This document shows, piece by piece, positions 62,164 through 64,000 of a DNA stretch of 64,000 nt. A program made the position numbers and the translations under genes. Numbering within the stretch: position 1 is the stretch's first letter; the number at the start of each line of letters is the position of its first letter. Below the pieces are notes generated by a model, which was not told the origin of the DNA, made no database searches, and saw only the letters and a list, made by a program, of their open reading frames with translations. This stretch comes from Dysgonamonadaceae bacterium (lineage in GTDB: Bacteria; Bacteroidota; Bacteroidia; Bacteroidales; Azobacteroidaceae): NCBI GenBank assembly GCA_031260045.1, contig JAIRKO010000039.1, forward strand, positions 122,210 through 186,209, in the 5' to 3' direction.

Positions 62164-63891
62164 TTATCTCACCGCCTCCATCACCCGCATAAAATTCCCG
62201 CCCCATATTTTGGCAATCGCTTTTTCGGAATAGCCGCGCCGGAGCAGTTCATGCGTAATCAGGAGCATTCCGCCGGCGTTTTCCAAGCCGGTCAATCCGC
62301 CGCCGCCGTCGAAATCGGAGCCGATACCCGCGTGGTCAATTCCGGTTTTCTTTATGATATAATCAATGTGATTGACGGCGTTTTCGACCATCGCCCCGCC
62401 ATTTTCCCGAATAAAACCATCGTAAAGGCACACCTGAATTACACCGCCTTTTTCGGCAATAAACCTCATCAGTTCGTCGGAAATATTGCGGGTATGGCGG
62501 CACAGGGCGGCGGCAGACGAATGGGACGCAATCACCGGATAGCGGCTCAATTCCGCCGCATCGAAAGCGGTCGTTTCGGAAGTGTGGGAAATATCGACGA
62601 TAATGCCCAAGCGGTTCATTTCACGGACAACTTCTTTCCCAAATTCGCTCAGCCCGTTGTGTTCAGGGTTGCCTTTGTGCGAATCGCAAATATCGTTGTG
62701 TCCGTTGTGGCAAAGGGTGATATAAACAACGCCCCTATCGGCGAGTTTTTGCAGATTGGCAAGGTTTTTCCCGATGCCGTAACCGTTTTCGACAGCCGCC
62801 AAGATGGCTTTTTTCCCTTCCTTTTTTATGCGCCGGATGTCGGCTGCGGTTTTTGCCTGTTCCGCCGTATCTTTATTTTCATCAATTTGCCGAATTAAAG
62901 CGTCGAGCGTGGAAAATGTTTTGTCGACGGCTTTTTGCGAGGCTTCCGCCGTCCGATCGCCCTGCGGGATATAGACAGCCATCGCCGCCGCGTCCAACAT
63001 TCCCTTTTGCATTTTCGGAATATCCACTTTCAACGCATAGTTTGTTTCCCCCGTTTCCGAACCGCAATCTTCGGGAAGCAGTTTCAAAACCGGGTTTGTT
63101 TCCCCGATATTGATACCATATTTGAAAAACATCGGCGTATCGGTATGCGAATCAAGGGTAATGTATTTTTTGTGAATATTCTTTGCTTGTTGGTACAAAG
63201 CGGCTTCGCCGACAAAATACTTGAAAATATCGAGCATCTTGGCATTGCCTACGGCAGCCATCGTTTCCGGATGCCATTGCACGCCGAATATCGTTTTCCC
63301 TTCATCCGATTCGATGGCTTCCACAACGCCGTCTTCGGAAAAAGCAACCGTCTTGAAGCCGGGAGCAACGGTTTTCACCGCCTGATGATGAAACGAATTA
63401 ACCGGCAAACTGTCTTGCTGAACCATTTGATACAGTTTCGAGCCGGGATTAATCACCGCCTGATGCGTTGCAATTTCGCGTTCTTCCTTTTGGCTGTGAA
63501 CAATTTGCGAATCGGGAATTTGCGAAGGTATATCCTGCAACAGCGTACCCCCGAACGCAACATTAATCGCCTGAAGACCGCGACAGATGCCGAAAATCGG
63601 CATTTGCCGTTCGGCTGCCGCCAGAATGAGCGCGAGGTCGTACATGTCCTTGTCAAGGTCGAAATCGGTAACTGCCGGATGCAGTTCCTCGCCGAACAGG
63701 GAAGCATGCATGTCGCCGCCGCCCGACATAATCAGTCCGTCAATATGGGTGACAATGTTTTCCAAAACGGCATTGTCGGTAATGAGCGGAATTAACACGG
63801 GGGTCGCGCCCGCTTTGAGCGCGGCGGTTACGTATGCATCGGCGATGCAGGATTTTTCTTCTTTGTGATTGACTGATATACCGATAATCAT
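62164..63891 (-). CDS. Fusion of peptidase C26 (gamma-glutamyl-GABA hydrolase-like) and M19 membrane dipeptidase
   Basis: GICRG, NSFHHQ, QWHPE, then DSHTD, ENG, DISH, ASHS, GSDFDG. Confidence 0.9.
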   Translation of the reverse strand: MIIGISVNHKEEKSCIADAYVTAALKAGATPVLIPLITDNAVLENIVTHIDGLIMSGGGDMHASLFGEELHPAVTDFDLDKDMYDLALILAAAERQMPIFGICRGLQAINVAFGGTLLQDIPSQIPDSQIVHSQKEEREIATHQAVINPGSKLYQMVQQDSLPVNSFHHQAVKTVAPGFKTVAFSEDGVVEAIESDEGKTIFGVQWHPETMAAVGNAKMLDIFKYFVGEAALYQQAKNIHKKYITLDSHTDTPMFFKYGINIGETNPVLKLLPEDCGSETGETNYALKVDIPKMQKGMLDAAAMAVYIPQGDRTAEASQKAVDKTFSTLDALIRQIDENKDTAEQAKTAADIRRIKKEGKKAILAAVENGYGIGKNLANLQKLADRGVVYITLCHNGHNDICDSHKGNPEHNGLSEFGKEVVREMNRLGIIVDISHTSETTAFDAAELSRYPVIASHSSAAALCRHTRNISDELMRFIAEKGGVIQVCLYDGFIRENGGAMVENAVNHIDYIIKKTGIDHAGIGSDFDGGGGLTGLENAGGMLLITHELLRRGYSEKAIAKIWGGNFMRVMEAVR

Positions 63892-63903
63892 ATTATATCT
63901 TGC

Positions 63904-64000
63904 TTATACCTGAACTTTCATGGATTCGCGAAACTGTTTGCTTCCTTCCGCGTAATATTGTTTCAATTCCGCAAAAGTCATGTCCTTTGTTTCTTTTGAA
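63904..64000 (-). CDS. 3' end of a hypothetical protein (5' end outside the window)
   Basis: Open frame ...SKETKDMTFAELKQYYAEGSKQFRESMKVQV*, ending 12 nt before the C26/M19 start. Confidence 0.5.
   Translation of the reverse strand, partial: SKETKDMTFAELKQYYAEGSKQFRESMKVQV

Noticed and set aside
62164-63891. C26-M19 peptidase fusion as a novelty
   Set aside because: To my knowledge this fusion is common in Bacteroidales, and both catalytic motif sets look intact.

Overview
Chromosomal segment of a Bacteroidales bacterium. This is inferred from gene content and from many TAnnTTTG (-7) promoter boxes. Most of the window is housekeeping: corA, tnaA, purH-mreBCD-mrdA-rodA, htpG, cysK, etfBA-acd-fcl-gmd, rlmH, metY plus a trans-sulfuration lyase, thrS-infC-rpmI-rplT, an RND pump, nikR with a TonB receptor, a SNF2 helicase, ribH, a long RSH, queF and xseA. 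I found no rRNA, tRNA, CRISPR array or transposase. The most unusual items are: (1) a strictly phased 21-bp (42-bp higher-order) quasi-palindromic tandem array next to a small self-promoted coiled-coil gene; (2) an AATACC-N8-GGTATT palindrome placed exactly 21 bp upstream of the -7 box of both cysK and metY; (3) a GalM-fold lipoprotein with both catalytic residues substituted; (4) a NikR lacking its three Ni-binding His but followed by a likely operator; (5) an FkbM methyltransferase switched off by a G9 tract; (6) a TonB receptor C-terminus reading in frame into HmuY; (7) dense modular REP/MITE-like palindromes and 7/8-bp-period hairpins in the intergenic spaces; (8) a decayed restriction-modification locus and a RelE-type toxin-antitoxin pair flanking queF. 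All calls come from reading motifs by eye; no database searches were run.
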